NCBI GenBank assembly: GCA_964646985.1
Contig: CAZYFI010000001.1
Coordinates: forward strand, 759-64,758
Source: an uncultured Bacteroidales bacterium
Lineage (GTDB): Bacteria > Bacillota_I > Bacilli_A > ML615J-28 > CAG-698
DNA length: 64,000 bases
Direction of reading: 5' to 3'
Part shown: positions 28,970 through 38,954 of the stretch, piece by piece
How positions within the stretch are numbered: position 1 is the stretch's first letter
How the letters are laid out: each line of letters opens with the position of its first letter
The notes under the pieces: model-generated
Seen by the model: the letters and a program-made list of their open reading frames with translations, nothing else
What the model was told of the DNA's origin: nothing
Databases searched by the model: none
Program-made: the position numbers and the translations under genes

Positions 28970-28996
28970 TTTCGATAATATAACAAAGTTGTTTAC
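28970..28996 (-). promoter_or_regulatory. Candidate autoregulatory ECF-type promoter (GTAAAC-N16-CGAAA) upstream of the sigma gene, overlapping a TGtTATATT sigma-A-like element
   Basis: Read on the minus strand: aaacGTAAACaactttgttatattatCGAAAaggtacatagccagttcGGGGGGAatactATG. The AAC -35 and CG-rich -10 with 16-nt spacing resemble Bacillus SigW/SigX-class ECF promoters. Confidence 0.3.
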
Positions 28997-29042
28997 GTTT
29001 TTGCCAGTAATATTAATTGTAATAGCATTATAACACAAAACA

Positions 29043-29072
29043 GCAAGAAAAAACTCTCCTAAATAGGAGAGT
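29043..29072 (-). terminator. Rho-independent terminator after nifJ
   Basis: actctcct-aaat-aggagagt hairpin followed on the minus strand by TTTTTTCTTG. Confidence 0.65.
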
Positions 29073-29078
29073 TCTTGG

Positions 29079-32000
29079 TTAATTTTCGTTTGTATAATCC
29101 ATTGCTTGATAACGTTGATACATGCGGTAACGACGTTGTGCTTCTTGTTTGTTTACATTCAACAAATGCTCAGCCGCTTCTGGATTGATATCTTTTAATT
29201 GTGAATAACGGGTTTCACCCATTAAATATTCTTCGTATTTATCCCAAGTTGGCTCTTTAGAATCAAGTTGGAATGGATTCTTTCCTTCTTTTAATAAGCG
29301 AGGATCAAATCTAAAGGTTGGCCAATAACCACATTCAACAGCAAGCTTGGCTTGAAGTTGCGTTGTACCCATACCTTTTTTAATTCCATGAGCAATACAT
29401 GGTGAATAAGCAATAATAATGGAAGGACCTGGATAACTTTCCGCTTCTTTAAACGCCTTTAAGGCCTGAAGTTGTGATGCACCATGAGAAATAGATGCAA
29501 CATAAACATGCCCATAGCTCATAGCAATGGCTGCCAAATCTTTCTTTTTACCTACTTTACCAGATGCAGTAAATTTCGCAATCGAACCAGTTTGGCTTGA
29601 TTTCGAACTTTGACCGCCTGTATTAGAATATACTTCAGTATCCAACACTAAAATGTTAATATCTTCATTGTTAGCAATCACATGATCAAGGCCGCCATAT
29701 CCAATGTCATAAGCCCAACCATCACCACCAACAATCCATTGAGAACGTTTTACGAAGTAATCTTTTAATTTCAATATTTCATTGGCTGTTTCACATTTCG
29801 CATTTTCAAGAAGTGGAATCAATTCTTTTGCAATCTTTTCTGTTTCTTGACTGCTGTCACGGTTCTCTAACCATGATTTGAACAATTCATGAATGCGATT
29901 TGTTTGTCCTTCTTTTTCTAAGACTTTTTCCATCATCATGCCAATACGATTGCGAATGGTTTCCGTAGCAATGCGCATTCCATAACCAAATTCTGCATTG
30001 TCTTCAAATAAAGAATTAGCCCAAGCAGGACCCTTTCCTTCTGCATTTTTCGTATAAGGTGTTGCTGGGAAAGATCCTCCATAAATAGAAGAGCAACCTG
30101 TTGCGTTGGCGATAACCATACGATCACCAAATAATTGTGTTGCTAAACGAACATAAGGTGTTTCTCCACAACCAGCACAAGCACCACTAAATTCAAATAA
30201 TGGTTTTGCAAATTGAGAATTTTTAGGGTTGGCAAATTTATCTAAAATATTTGATTTATATGTGACATTATTATGGAAGTATTTCGCAAGCTTATCACGG
30301 CCTTCTGTAATGGCTTCATCAATTGGTACCATTCTAAGTGCTTTTTCACCTTTTTTACCAGGGCATTGATTGACACAAACTTCACATCCTGTGCAATCAG
30401 CGATTGACACAACGATAGAATATTTTAATCCTTCAAATCCTTTGCCAACTGGATCAATGTATTTCGCATTGTCTGGTGCATTCTTTACTTCATCTGCTGT
30501 AGATAAGAATGGACGAATAACAGCATGTGGACAAACAAAGGCGCATTGATTACATTGAATACAATTTTCTTCTACCCATTGAGGGACAAAAGAAGCAATG
30601 TAACGTTTTTCAAAAGCGGCTGTACCGTTTTCCATCGTTCCATCTTCATAACCGTTGAATGCAGAAACAGGCAAATCATCTCCACGCATTGCGTTGACTG
30701 GATTAGCGATTTTCTTTACAAAGTAAGGTGTGTTTGGATCAATTACGATTTCATCTTTGCCAAGGTTGCTCCAATTAGGATCAACTTTCACTTCTTTTAA
30801 GCTTTCTGCACCTTTATCAATGGCAAGATAATTTAAATCAACAACATGTTGTCCTTTTTTAATATATGATTTATAAGCATATTTCTTCATTAAATCTTGG
30901 GCTTCTTCATATGGCATTATTTGTTCATTTAGTTTAAAGAATGCCGATTGCATAATCGTATTGGTACGATTTCCAAGTCCTAATTCCATTGCTAAAGTAA
31001 CAGCATCAATGACATATAAGCGAGCATGTTTGTCAGCTAACGCTTTTTTAAATGAATTTGGCAAGTAGTTCAATAAGTCTTCCACTGTTTTGGTGGTATT
31101 TAACAAGAAACGTCCGCCTTCTTTTAATTCACGAAGCATATCATATTTATGGGTATAACTATCTAATGAACAAGAGATAAAATCAGCTTTCGAAACCAAA
31201 TAAGTAGAGCGAATTGGTTTACGACCAAAGCGCAAATGGCTATGTGTTACGCCACCTGATTTTTTTGAATCATAGGCAAAATAAGCTTGCGCATAATAAT
31301 CAGTATTATCGCCAATTAATTTAATGGTGTTTTTATTTGCACCAACGGTTCCATCGCTTCCCAAACCATAGAAGATTAATTGACTAACGCCATCGCCAGC
31401 AACATCTGTGTGATTTGTTAGTGGTAATGATAAATGCGTTACATCATCATTGATTCCAATCGTGAAAGAGTTAAGAGCTTTTTCTCCTTTTTCAAGATTT
31501 TCATAAACAGCAAATATTTGTGATGGATTGGTATCTTTGCTTGATAAACCAAAACGTCCACCAATAATGACTGGAGCATTTGGTTGATTATAAAATACCG
31601 ATTTCACATCTAAGTATAGAGGTTCGCCAATCGATCCTTGTTCTTTTGTTCTTTCAATGACAGCAATTCGTTTGACTGTTTTTGGTAAAACGCGTAGTAA
31701 ATGCTCTGTTGAGAAAGGACGATATAAATGAACATTAATCAAACCAACTTTTTTGCCTTGTTTGATTAAGCAATCAACCACTTCTTTGGCACATTCAATG
31801 ACTGAACCCATGGCAATAATGATGTCTGTGGCATCTTTATCTCCATAGTAAACAAACGGTTTGTATTCACGACCAGTTACTTTAGAAATTTCATCCATGT
31901 ATTCTTCTACAATTCTTGGAATTTCTAAATAATATTTATTTTGTGCTTCACGCGCTTGAAAATAAACATCACCATTTTGTGCGGAACCACGAGTAACAGG

Positions 32001-32639
32001 TTTGTTTGGGCTTAATGAACGACTACGGAATTGTTCAACTGCTTTTTTATCTAATAAACGGTCATATACTTCATAATCCATGACTTCAATTTTTTGAATT
32101 TCATGGCTGGTACGGAAACCATCAAAGAAATGTAAGAATGGAATGCTTGATTTGATTGCTGCCAAATGCGCAATTCCCGCCAAATCCATGACTTCTTGTA
32201 CACTTGAAGAGGCAAGCATTGCCCAACCAGTTTGGCGGACAGCCATTACATCTTGGTGATCACCAAAAATTGATAAAGCTTGAACCGCAATACTTCTTGC
32301 TGAAACATGAATAACGCCTGGTAATAATTCACCAGCAATTTTATACATGTTAGGAATTTTAAGTAGCAAGCCTTGACTTGCTGTAAATGTAGTGGTTAGT
32401 GCTCCTGCTTGCAAAGAACCATGAACCGTTCCTGCTGCACCAGCTTCTGATTGCATTTCTACCACTTTTACAGGGACACCAAACAAATTCTTTTTTCCTT
32501 TGCTTGCCCATTCATCTACATACTCAGCCATTGTTGATGACGGAGTAATTGGATAAATGCCCGCTACTTCGGTAAATGCATATGATGCCCAAGCTGCTGC
32601 TTGGTTTCCATCCATTGATTGAAATACTTTTTTTGCCAT
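29079..32639 (-). CDS. nifJ: Pyruvate:ferredoxin (flavodoxin) oxidoreductase, single-polypeptide type
   Basis: 1186 aa. Two 4Fe-4S ferredoxin motifs (CIQCNQCAFVCP, CTGCEVCVNQCP), TPP-binding GGDGWAYDIGYGG and a typical PFOR C-terminus. Own promoter (TGtTATAAT at 32666..32674, RBS GGAGGAT) and own terminator. Confidence 0.95.
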   Translation of the reverse strand: MAKKVFQSMDGNQAAAWASYAFTEVAGIYPITPSSTMAEYVDEWASKGKKNLFGVPVKVVEMQSEAGAAGTVHGSLQAGALTTTFTASQGLLLKIPNMYKIAGELLPGVIHVSARSIAVQALSIFGDHQDVMAVRQTGWAMLASSSVQEVMDLAGIAHLAAIKSSIPFLHFFDGFRTSHEIQKIEVMDYEVYDRLLDKKAVEQFRSRSLSPNKPVTRGSAQNGDVYFQAREAQNKYYLEIPRIVEEYMDEISKVTGREYKPFVYYGDKDATDIIIAMGSVIECAKEVVDCLIKQGKKVGLINVHLYRPFSTEHLLRVLPKTVKRIAVIERTKEQGSIGEPLYLDVKSVFYNQPNAPVIIGGRFGLSSKDTNPSQIFAVYENLEKGEKALNSFTIGINDDVTHLSLPLTNHTDVAGDGVSQLIFYGLGSDGTVGANKNTIKLIGDNTDYYAQAYFAYDSKKSGGVTHSHLRFGRKPIRSTYLVSKADFISCSLDSYTHKYDMLRELKEGGRFLLNTTKTVEDLLNYLPNSFKKALADKHARLYVIDAVTLAMELGLGNRTNTIMQSAFFKLNEQIMPYEEAQDLMKKYAYKSYIKKGQHVVDLNYLAIDKGAESLKEVKVDPNWSNLGKDEIVIDPNTPYFVKKIANPVNAMRGDDLPVSAFNGYEDGTMENGTAAFEKRYIASFVPQWVEENCIQCNQCAFVCPHAVIRPFLSTADEVKNAPDNAKYIDPVGKGFEGLKYSIVVSIADCTGCEVCVNQCPGKKGEKALRMVPIDEAITEGRDKLAKYFHNNVTYKSNILDKFANPKNSQFAKPLFEFSGACAGCGETPYVRLATQLFGDRMVIANATGCSSIYGGSFPATPYTKNAEGKGPAWANSLFEDNAEFGYGMRIATETIRNRIGMMMEKVLEKEGQTNRIHELFKSWLENRDSSQETEKIAKELIPLLENAKCETANEILKLKDYFVKRSQWIVGGDGWAYDIGYGGLDHVIANNEDINILVLDTEVYSNTGGQSSKSSQTGSIAKFTASGKVGKKKDLAAIAMSYGHVYVASISHGASQLQALKAFKEAESYPGPSIIIAYSPCIAHGIKKGMGTTQLQAKLAVECGYWPTFRFDPRLLKEGKNPFQLDSKEPTWDKYEEYLMGETRYSQLKDINPEAAEHLLNVNKQEAQRRYRMYQRYQAMDYTNEN

Positions 32640-32727
32640 TTTTATCCTCCATGGTGTTTTTATTTATTATAACATAATATTCGTTTTATCTCAAGAGACA
32701 AAGAGCAAATAGCCAATGAAACCCTTT

Positions 32728-33231
32728 TTATATCTTGCGTAAAAATTCGTATTCTTTTTCAATCTGAGTAATGCGTTGATAAACTTTTTCTTTGATCGAT
32801 TCTGGCAACTTGAGTGTTTGCCGAAACAGTAATTTTGTAATCAAAGCCGTGAATGCTACCGCATCAATTTCCAGGCTTTGTTGCATAAACAAATCATCAC
32901 CGTTCAATGGCTGAACATACTCAAAGAATTCCGTTTGCCACTGTTGGATGATTTCAGGTGGTTCTTTAGAAAGATTAGGATTTTTTACTTGAAACCATTG
33001 ATAAGCATGGCGCATTTCATGAATGATTCCCGCTGTCACTTCTAAATCTGCCATTTTTTTGAATACGTCTTCGTTCACATTGATTTGGTAAACATCATGC
33101 ATAAACATGCAAGCGACCCCACTGTATTCTTCTGGTAAATGCAAATAAGTGATTTTACATGGTGGGATTTTTAAAACTTGAGAAATAGTCATTACTATTC
33201 CACTAACTAATGATTTTTTAGAGTTTGTCAT
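32728..33231 (-). CDS. Hypothetical small protein with an HExxH motif (putative zinc metallopeptidase-like)
   Basis: 167 aa, contains GIIHEMRHAYQ. A -10 TATAAT and RBS GAGGAAAAAAAT lie in the divergent intergenic region. No other family features recognised. Confidence 0.4.
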   Translation of the reverse strand: MTNSKKSLVSGIVMTISQVLKIPPCKITYLHLPEEYSGVACMFMHDVYQINVNEDVFKKMADLEVTAGIIHEMRHAYQWFQVKNPNLSKEPPEIIQQWQTEFFEYVQPLNGDDLFMQQSLEIDAVAFTALITKLLFRQTLKLPESIKEKVYQRITQIEKEYEFLRKI

Positions 33232-33325
33232 ATTTTTTTCCTCAAGGTGTATTATACCAAACTTTGAAAAAAAAATAAAGACAATAAAAAATAACTTATT
33301 AATAAAAGTAAGTTTTTCAAAATAA

Positions 33326-33334
33326 TGATATAAT
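33326..33334 (+). promoter_or_regulatory. Extended -10 promoter (TGaTATAAT) for the radical SAM gene
   Basis: aataaTGaTATAATaacttGTGAGGtttttATG. Confidence 0.4.
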
Positions 33335-33350
33335 AACTTGTGAGGTTTTT

Positions 33351-34970
33351 ATGAAAATTTTACTACTTGGCATCAACTCAAAATACATCCATCCAGCGAT
33401 GGGAATTCTTCAGCTAAAAAGCAATGCTGATTTTTTTGTTGACACAAAAGAATTCACAATCAAAGATGATATTTCCTCCGTCGTTCAATTCATAAACGAA
33501 TTTGCAGCTGGTCTCATTGGAATTTCAGTTTATATTTGGAATGCCTCGTTCATAAAACAAATATTAAGCAAATTGCCAGAGCACTTCATGGTTGTTTTAG
33601 GCGGCCCAGAAGCAAGTTTTCGCATAGATGAATTTTTTAGGTTTCCTTGTGTAAAATACATTATAAAAAACGAAGGCGAAGAATCCTTTGTGCAATTGAT
33701 TTCTCATTTAAACGAAGAACTTCCGATAAACAATGTCAGTAATTTGTACTATCGCCAAAATGGTATTTGCTTCACTTATGAGCAAATACCAGATATCACG
33801 AAAATCAAACACGACTATAAACTCATAGGAGATGCCAAAAATAGGTATGTTTACTTGGAAACATCTCGTGGTTGTCCTTATCAATGTGCTTATTGTTTGG
33901 CTTCTTTAGATCAAAAAGTACGATTTTTTCCAATGGATCAAGTAAAGAAGGAAATTCTTTGGGCCATAAACCAACAAGCAAAAACAGTGAAATTTTTAGA
34001 CCGCACATTCAATGCCAACAAACAAAGAATGATGGAAATCATATCATTTATACAAGAACACGATAATCATGTGACCATCTGGCAAATGGAAATTGTTGCA
34101 GATATCATAGATGATGAATTGATTGCCTTTTTGAAACAAGTACGGCCAAATTTGCTTCGCTTTGAAATTGGCATTCAATCAACCAATGAACAAGTTACCA
34201 AAGCAGTATTGAGAAAGCAAATGTTTGAAAAAATCACAAATGTCGTAAGAGAAATCCAAGATTGCATTACAATCCATCTTGACTTAATTGCTGGACTCCC
34301 TTATGAAGACAAGCATTCATTTGCTAACACATTTAACGAAACCTTTTTCTTGTTTGCTGATGAGCTGCAATTGGGCATTTTAAAAGCACTCGCCGGAACA
34401 AGAATAGTAGCAGAAAAACAACTTCATCAATATGTCTTTTCAAATGAACCGCCCTACGAAATTATTCAAAACACATATTTAAGCCATGAAGATTTAGAAG
34501 AAATCAAATTAGTGGAAACCGGATTAAATCGCTATTATAATTCCCATCGATTTCCTAGGACCATGCGTTATCTATTTTTAGATTTAAAATTGAATCCTTA
34601 TGAAACATTCCTTACATTGGGGAAATATATCAAAGAACACAGTGATGTTGTTTTACAATTGCCAACGCTTGCGAAAAGCTTGTATCTAGCAATCAATGTT
34701 TCTAATCAAGATTACTTTTTATTTTTAATCAAACAAGACTATTTGTCTCAAGCAAGATATAAGCCACCAATTTGGTGGGAAATTAAGCTAACCAAACAAG
34801 AAAAAAACGAAATCTTAAATCAGATAAAACAAGAACATCCTAAACTGCTTTTGCTTGATCTTTCGCATAACAGTCGCTTAGAAAAGTATGAGAACAATAA
34901 AGAATGCATTTATTTTTTGATTTTGTATGAGATAAAACAAACGATTTTGTATCATTTAAAAAAGGATTAG
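33351..34970 (+). CDS. B12-binding-domain radical SAM protein (DUF4080-type)
   Basis: N-terminal B12-binding-like domain (MKILLLGINSKYIHPAMGI), the radical SAM cluster motif ETSRGCPYQCAYCLAS (CxxxCxxC), and a long C-terminal extension. 539 aa. Confidence 0.75.
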   Translation: MKILLLGINSKYIHPAMGILQLKSNADFFVDTKEFTIKDDISSVVQFINEFAAGLIGISVYIWNASFIKQILSKLPEHFMVVLGGPEASFRIDEFFRFPCVKYIIKNEGEESFVQLISHLNEELPINNVSNLYYRQNGICFTYEQIPDITKIKHDYKLIGDAKNRYVYLETSRGCPYQCAYCLASLDQKVRFFPMDQVKKEILWAINQQAKTVKFLDRTFNANKQRMMEIISFIQEHDNHVTIWQMEIVADIIDDELIAFLKQVRPNLLRFEIGIQSTNEQVTKAVLRKQMFEKITNVVREIQDCITIHLDLIAGLPYEDKHSFANTFNETFFLFADELQLGILKALAGTRIVAEKQLHQYVFSNEPPYEIIQNTYLSHEDLEEIKLVETGLNRYYNSHRFPRTMRYLFLDLKLNPYETFLTLGKYIKEHSDVVLQLPTLAKSLYLAINVSNQDYFLFLIKQDYLSQARYKPPIWWEIKLTKQEKNEILNQIKQEHPKLLLLDLSHNSRLEKYENNKECIYFLILYEIKQTILYHLKKD

Positions 34971-34993
34971 GCTTTGACCCTAATCCTTTTTAA
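34951..34993. terminator. Bidirectional terminator shared by the radical SAM gene (+) and the GH36 gene (-)
   Basis: 11-bp stem aaaaggattag / ctaatcctttt with a 9-nt loop. It includes both stop codons (TAG 34968-70 and TAA 34967-69 on the complement). Confidence 0.7.
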
Positions 34994-37321
34994 TTGGTGT
35001 TTGTTGGTTATTTTAGAAATGAAATAAAGACGACTGCCAAAATCACCTATGACACGGACTTTGTTATTGTATCCCGTTCCCATAAATTGGGAACTCAACC
35101 GAACGCCTGCACAAGAAAAAGCTTTTCCGTGAACAATATAGCGTTCGCTTTCTGTTTTCGGATGATATACTTTACAAATGAAACGATGTAATTTTCCATT
35201 CACTTTTAGTACAATCGGTGAAACTAAATTAATGAGTCCTCCAAAATCAAGCAAATTGATTGTTTGAGGAAAATTAGAAAACGAATAAAAGCAATCATCT
35301 AAATCATTTATCTTAATGATGTCTTCGCTCATGGCTGGATGTAATAGTGTTTGGAAAAACCCATACAATCCTAATTCTTTGTCTTGATTCAAGACGGTGA
35401 ACCCACATCGATTGTGATGGAATATGTTAGACTTAGAACGACTAAACGTGCCAAATTGAAACAATTCACGATATTGCTTATAAAAAGCAATTTGTGATTT
35501 GATTTGGTTTTTTGTTTCTTTGTCGATCTCGTTTAAGTTTAATTCATATCCTAAGACGCCAAAACAAGCCAAATTGAAGCGAGAATCAAGCGGTGATTTG
35601 CGCAACGTTTGATGATTGGGGATACTGCTCACATGATTTGAGATGGTCGAAAGTGGATAACCATAAGAGGTTCCTGTTTGAATGAATAGTCTTTCATAAT
35701 AATCTGTATCGTCGCTTGTCCAAATTTGTGGACAAAAACAAAGCATTCCTAAATCAAAACGATTCCCACCGCTTGCACATCCTTCGAATAAAACATGAGG
35801 AAACAAAGATGTTACATGGTGTAAGACATCATATAATCCCATGATGTAACGGTGATAAAATTCTCCTTGATTTGCCAATGTTGATCCATATAATTCGGTA
35901 ATGTTTCTGTTATAATCCCATTTTACATAATCAACGTTCGAATTTTCAAAAACTTGAGCTAATTTTGTTTTTAAGTATGTTGTGACTTCAGGATTTGTTA
36001 AATCAAGAAGCAATTGATTGCGTCCTGTACTAGGTTTGTATTCTGGATGAACAACTGCCCAATTCGGGTGTTTTCGAAATAAATCGCTATCTTCATTCAC
36101 CATTTCTGGTTCCACCCATAAGCCAAATTGCAAATGCATTTGATGGATTTTATCGGATAATCCTCTTAATCCATGGGGAAGTTTTTTTACATTAACATCC
36201 CAATCACCTAGTGAAGATTGATCGTTGTTTCTTTTTCCAAACCAACCATCATCTAAAACAAATAACTCAATTCCAACTTCTTTTGCTGATGCCGCTAGTT
36301 CTAATATCTTTTTTTCATTGAAATTGAAATAAGTTGCTTCCCAATTGTTCAGTGCAATTGGGCGTTTTTTGTTTGCAAAATTTTGAGGAATAATGTGATT
36401 ATTAACGAAGTGATGAAATTGTTGTGACAAACGATTTAATCCTTCGTTTGAATAAGAAATCACTGCTTCACAAGATGTAAAACTTGCGTTTGGCAATAAT
36501 TCATAAGAAAATGCAAAATCATTGATTCCAGATAAAATCCTAATTTTTTCATTGATTGATTTTTCTACAATCGTTTTATGGTTTCCACTATAAATAAGAT
36601 TAAATCCATAGGCTTCACCTTCTAGTTCCCCCGTGTTTTTGTGCTTTAAAATGGTGAATGGATTATGCCGATTAGAGCTGGAGCCACATTTCGAATCATT
36701 GACATAAATGCCAACTTCGACATGTCGACTTGTCATGTGCCGTTCTTTTGCCCATGCACCGTCAAAAGTTACAAAATCATAATTCTCTGCTGGTAAATCA
36801 AGTTGCATAGAAAAAAGACGAGAAATATTGATTTTTGTTGAGCTAAGATTTGTTAAGATAACATATCTACTGATGACATCACTTGCTTCAAACACTTTAT
36901 AAAATAGTTCAAGCTTTAAATGTTTCGGTTCATCCACAAGCGTCATTTTTAGCACTTGATTGGGATGCTTACTAGATGCAAGTGTCCCTTGATGGTCTTC
37001 TAGGATGGAAAAACTTTCATACTTAAAATTATTGTAAAAACCTTGCTGATTATTTTGTAACAAAATTGCGGTTTCTTTGTAATCTCCAGTTCCAAAACTA
37101 GAATATTCTAAATCTAATTGATCGATAAACATTCCTGGTTTTCCTTCATACTCAATTGCTGTTCCGGCGCCACCAGTTAATTTTCCCACGATGTGCGAGT
37201 AATCTTGAAACATTGCTTTTTTTCCATAATAGTGATGAATCAATAAGTCATCAACAACCTCAAAAACATATGAAGTATGAAGGGTATCTAATTGAAAAAA
37301 ATTTCCTTGAACATTAATCAT
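34967..37321 (-). CDS. Alpha-galactosidase, glycoside hydrolase family 36
   Basis: 784 aa. GH36 blocks ELFVLDDGWFGKRN..., catalytic region KWDYNR and CASGGNRFD. No signal peptide. Start overlaps the GH13 gene by 8 nt. Confidence 0.85.
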   Translation of the reverse strand: MINVQGNFFQLDTLHTSYVFEVVDDLLIHHYYGKKAMFQDYSHIVGKLTGGAGTAIEYEGKPGMFIDQLDLEYSSFGTGDYKETAILLQNNQQGFYNNFKYESFSILEDHQGTLASSKHPNQVLKMTLVDEPKHLKLELFYKVFEASDVISRYVILTNLSSTKINISRLFSMQLDLPAENYDFVTFDGAWAKERHMTSRHVEVGIYVNDSKCGSSSNRHNPFTILKHKNTGELEGEAYGFNLIYSGNHKTIVEKSINEKIRILSGINDFAFSYELLPNASFTSCEAVISYSNEGLNRLSQQFHHFVNNHIIPQNFANKKRPIALNNWEATYFNFNEKKILELAASAKEVGIELFVLDDGWFGKRNNDQSSLGDWDVNVKKLPHGLRGLSDKIHQMHLQFGLWVEPEMVNEDSDLFRKHPNWAVVHPEYKPSTGRNQLLLDLTNPEVTTYLKTKLAQVFENSNVDYVKWDYNRNITELYGSTLANQGEFYHRYIMGLYDVLHHVTSLFPHVLFEGCASGGNRFDLGMLCFCPQIWTSDDTDYYERLFIQTGTSYGYPLSTISNHVSSIPNHQTLRKSPLDSRFNLACFGVLGYELNLNEIDKETKNQIKSQIAFYKQYRELFQFGTFSRSKSNIFHHNRCGFTVLNQDKELGLYGFFQTLLHPAMSEDIIKINDLDDCFYSFSNFPQTINLLDFGGLINLVSPIVLKVNGKLHRFICKVYHPKTESERYIVHGKAFSCAGVRLSSQFMGTGYNNKVRVIGDFGSRLYFISKITNKHQLKRIRVKA

Positions 37322-38954
37322 GCTTCATGCTCCTAAAATAAACTTTTGCTTGATAAGGATATAATGTTTCTTCATCAACATCGTAATTATTTAAGATCAA
37401 TGAATATTCCTTTAATGGATGCAATGGTTTTATTTGTAACTGCTTTTTTGAATAATTACAAATCACCAACATTTGTTCTTGTTCAAAGTTTCTTTCAAAA
37501 TAGACCAACGAGCGATGTTTGGAATAATGCAATTTAAAATCACCATATTTTGCAACTTGGATGGTTTTTTTTATTTCAATTAACTTTTTATAGTACTGAT
37601 AAATAGAATGAGGGTTTTGCACATTTTCTTTTACATTTATGGTAACAAAATTGGGGTTGGCTTCAATCCAAGGTTGTTCTTTGGAAAAACCTCCATGAAC
37701 CGTGCTATCCCATTGCATTGGTGTTCTGGCATTATCTCGGCTCATGTATTTGATTTTATGCATCATACGTTTGTGAGAAAATTTTAAAACGGTCCTTCCA
37801 ATGTGATAAACATGGTGGGTTTCAATATCACGATATTGATTGAGACTTGTGAAATGAGCGTTTGTCATTCCAATCTCTTGCCCTTGATAAATAAACGGCG
37901 TTCCTTTTTGTAAAAAAGTCATCGTCGGAAGCAAAGTTGCGCTCTCGTAATAAAAATCAGGATTTCCAAAACGGCTCACAGATCTTGGTTGATCGTGGTT
38001 TTCTAAATATAGGGAATTCCAACCAGTTTCGTTTAAGGCATTTTGCCACTTAGCAAGTGCTAATTTCAGGCGATATGGTTTGTATTTTTTAAGCATCCAC
38101 TTAAAATAATTATCTACGCCCATGTGATCAAATTGAAACACCATATTTAATTCATCGATGCCTTCTTTCACATATTCTAATGCTTTGGGAGGTGTGATAA
38201 ACACACATTCTCCAACCGTAAACATATCATAATGATCAAATACATCTCGTTTTATTTCTTGTAAATACTGATGAATTTTCGGTCCATTAACATAGTATTC
38301 GGCTCCTTTTAACACAAAAAGTCGATGACTGTTGGGAAGATCATTTGGCTTAGATAAAATATTAATCACATCGCAACGAAATCCATCTACTCCTAAATCA
38401 AGCCAAAACTTTAACACTTGTTTGATTTCATTTCGCACTTGAGGATTTTCCCAGTTTAAATCAGGTTGTTCACTAGCAAACAAATGCATATAACTGACAT
38501 CATATTCTGGAATATATGTCCATGCAGAACCGCCAAAAAATGATGTCCAATTATTTGGTTTCTTTTTTCCTTCGAAAATATAGTAGTAATCACGATATTT
38601 ACTTTTCGGATTGCTAATGGCATCTAAAAACCAAGCATGTTCATTTGATGTATGATTGACAACCAAATCCATCACTATTTTTAAGTTGCGTTTGTGTGCT
38701 TCACTAATTAATAATTTAAAATCATCCATTGTTCCATAATCTTTATGGATTGCGCAATAATCAGCAATATCATAGCCATTATCATATAGAGGAGAAACAT
38801 AAATAGGGGATAACCATAGTGCGGTTACCCCTAAGTTTTCCAAATAGTCTAAGCGGCTAATGATGCCTGGTAAATCACCAATTCCATCATTGTTAGAATC
38901 CTGAAAACTTCTTGGATAAATTTGATATACAATTGTGTTTTTATACCATCTCAT
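37314..38954 (-). CDS. GH13 alpha-glucosidase / oligo-1,6-glucosidase-type enzyme
   Basis: MRWYKNTIVYQIYPRSFQDSNNDGIGDLPGI..., GVDGFRCDVINIL and the NHDQPR blocks of GH13 subfamily 31-like enzymes. 546 aa. Confidence 0.85.
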   Translation of the reverse strand: MRWYKNTIVYQIYPRSFQDSNNDGIGDLPGIISRLDYLENLGVTALWLSPIYVSPLYDNGYDIADYCAIHKDYGTMDDFKLLISEAHKRNLKIVMDLVVNHTSNEHAWFLDAISNPKSKYRDYYYIFEGKKKPNNWTSFFGGSAWTYIPEYDVSYMHLFASEQPDLNWENPQVRNEIKQVLKFWLDLGVDGFRCDVINILSKPNDLPNSHRLFVLKGAEYYVNGPKIHQYLQEIKRDVFDHYDMFTVGECVFITPPKALEYVKEGIDELNMVFQFDHMGVDNYFKWMLKKYKPYRLKLALAKWQNALNETGWNSLYLENHDQPRSVSRFGNPDFYYESATLLPTMTFLQKGTPFIYQGQEIGMTNAHFTSLNQYRDIETHHVYHIGRTVLKFSHKRMMHKIKYMSRDNARTPMQWDSTVHGGFSKEQPWIEANPNFVTINVKENVQNPHSIYQYYKKLIEIKKTIQVAKYGDFKLHYSKHRSLVYFERNFEQEQMLVICNYSKKQLQIKPLHPLKEYSLILNNYDVDEETLYPYQAKVYFRSMKHD

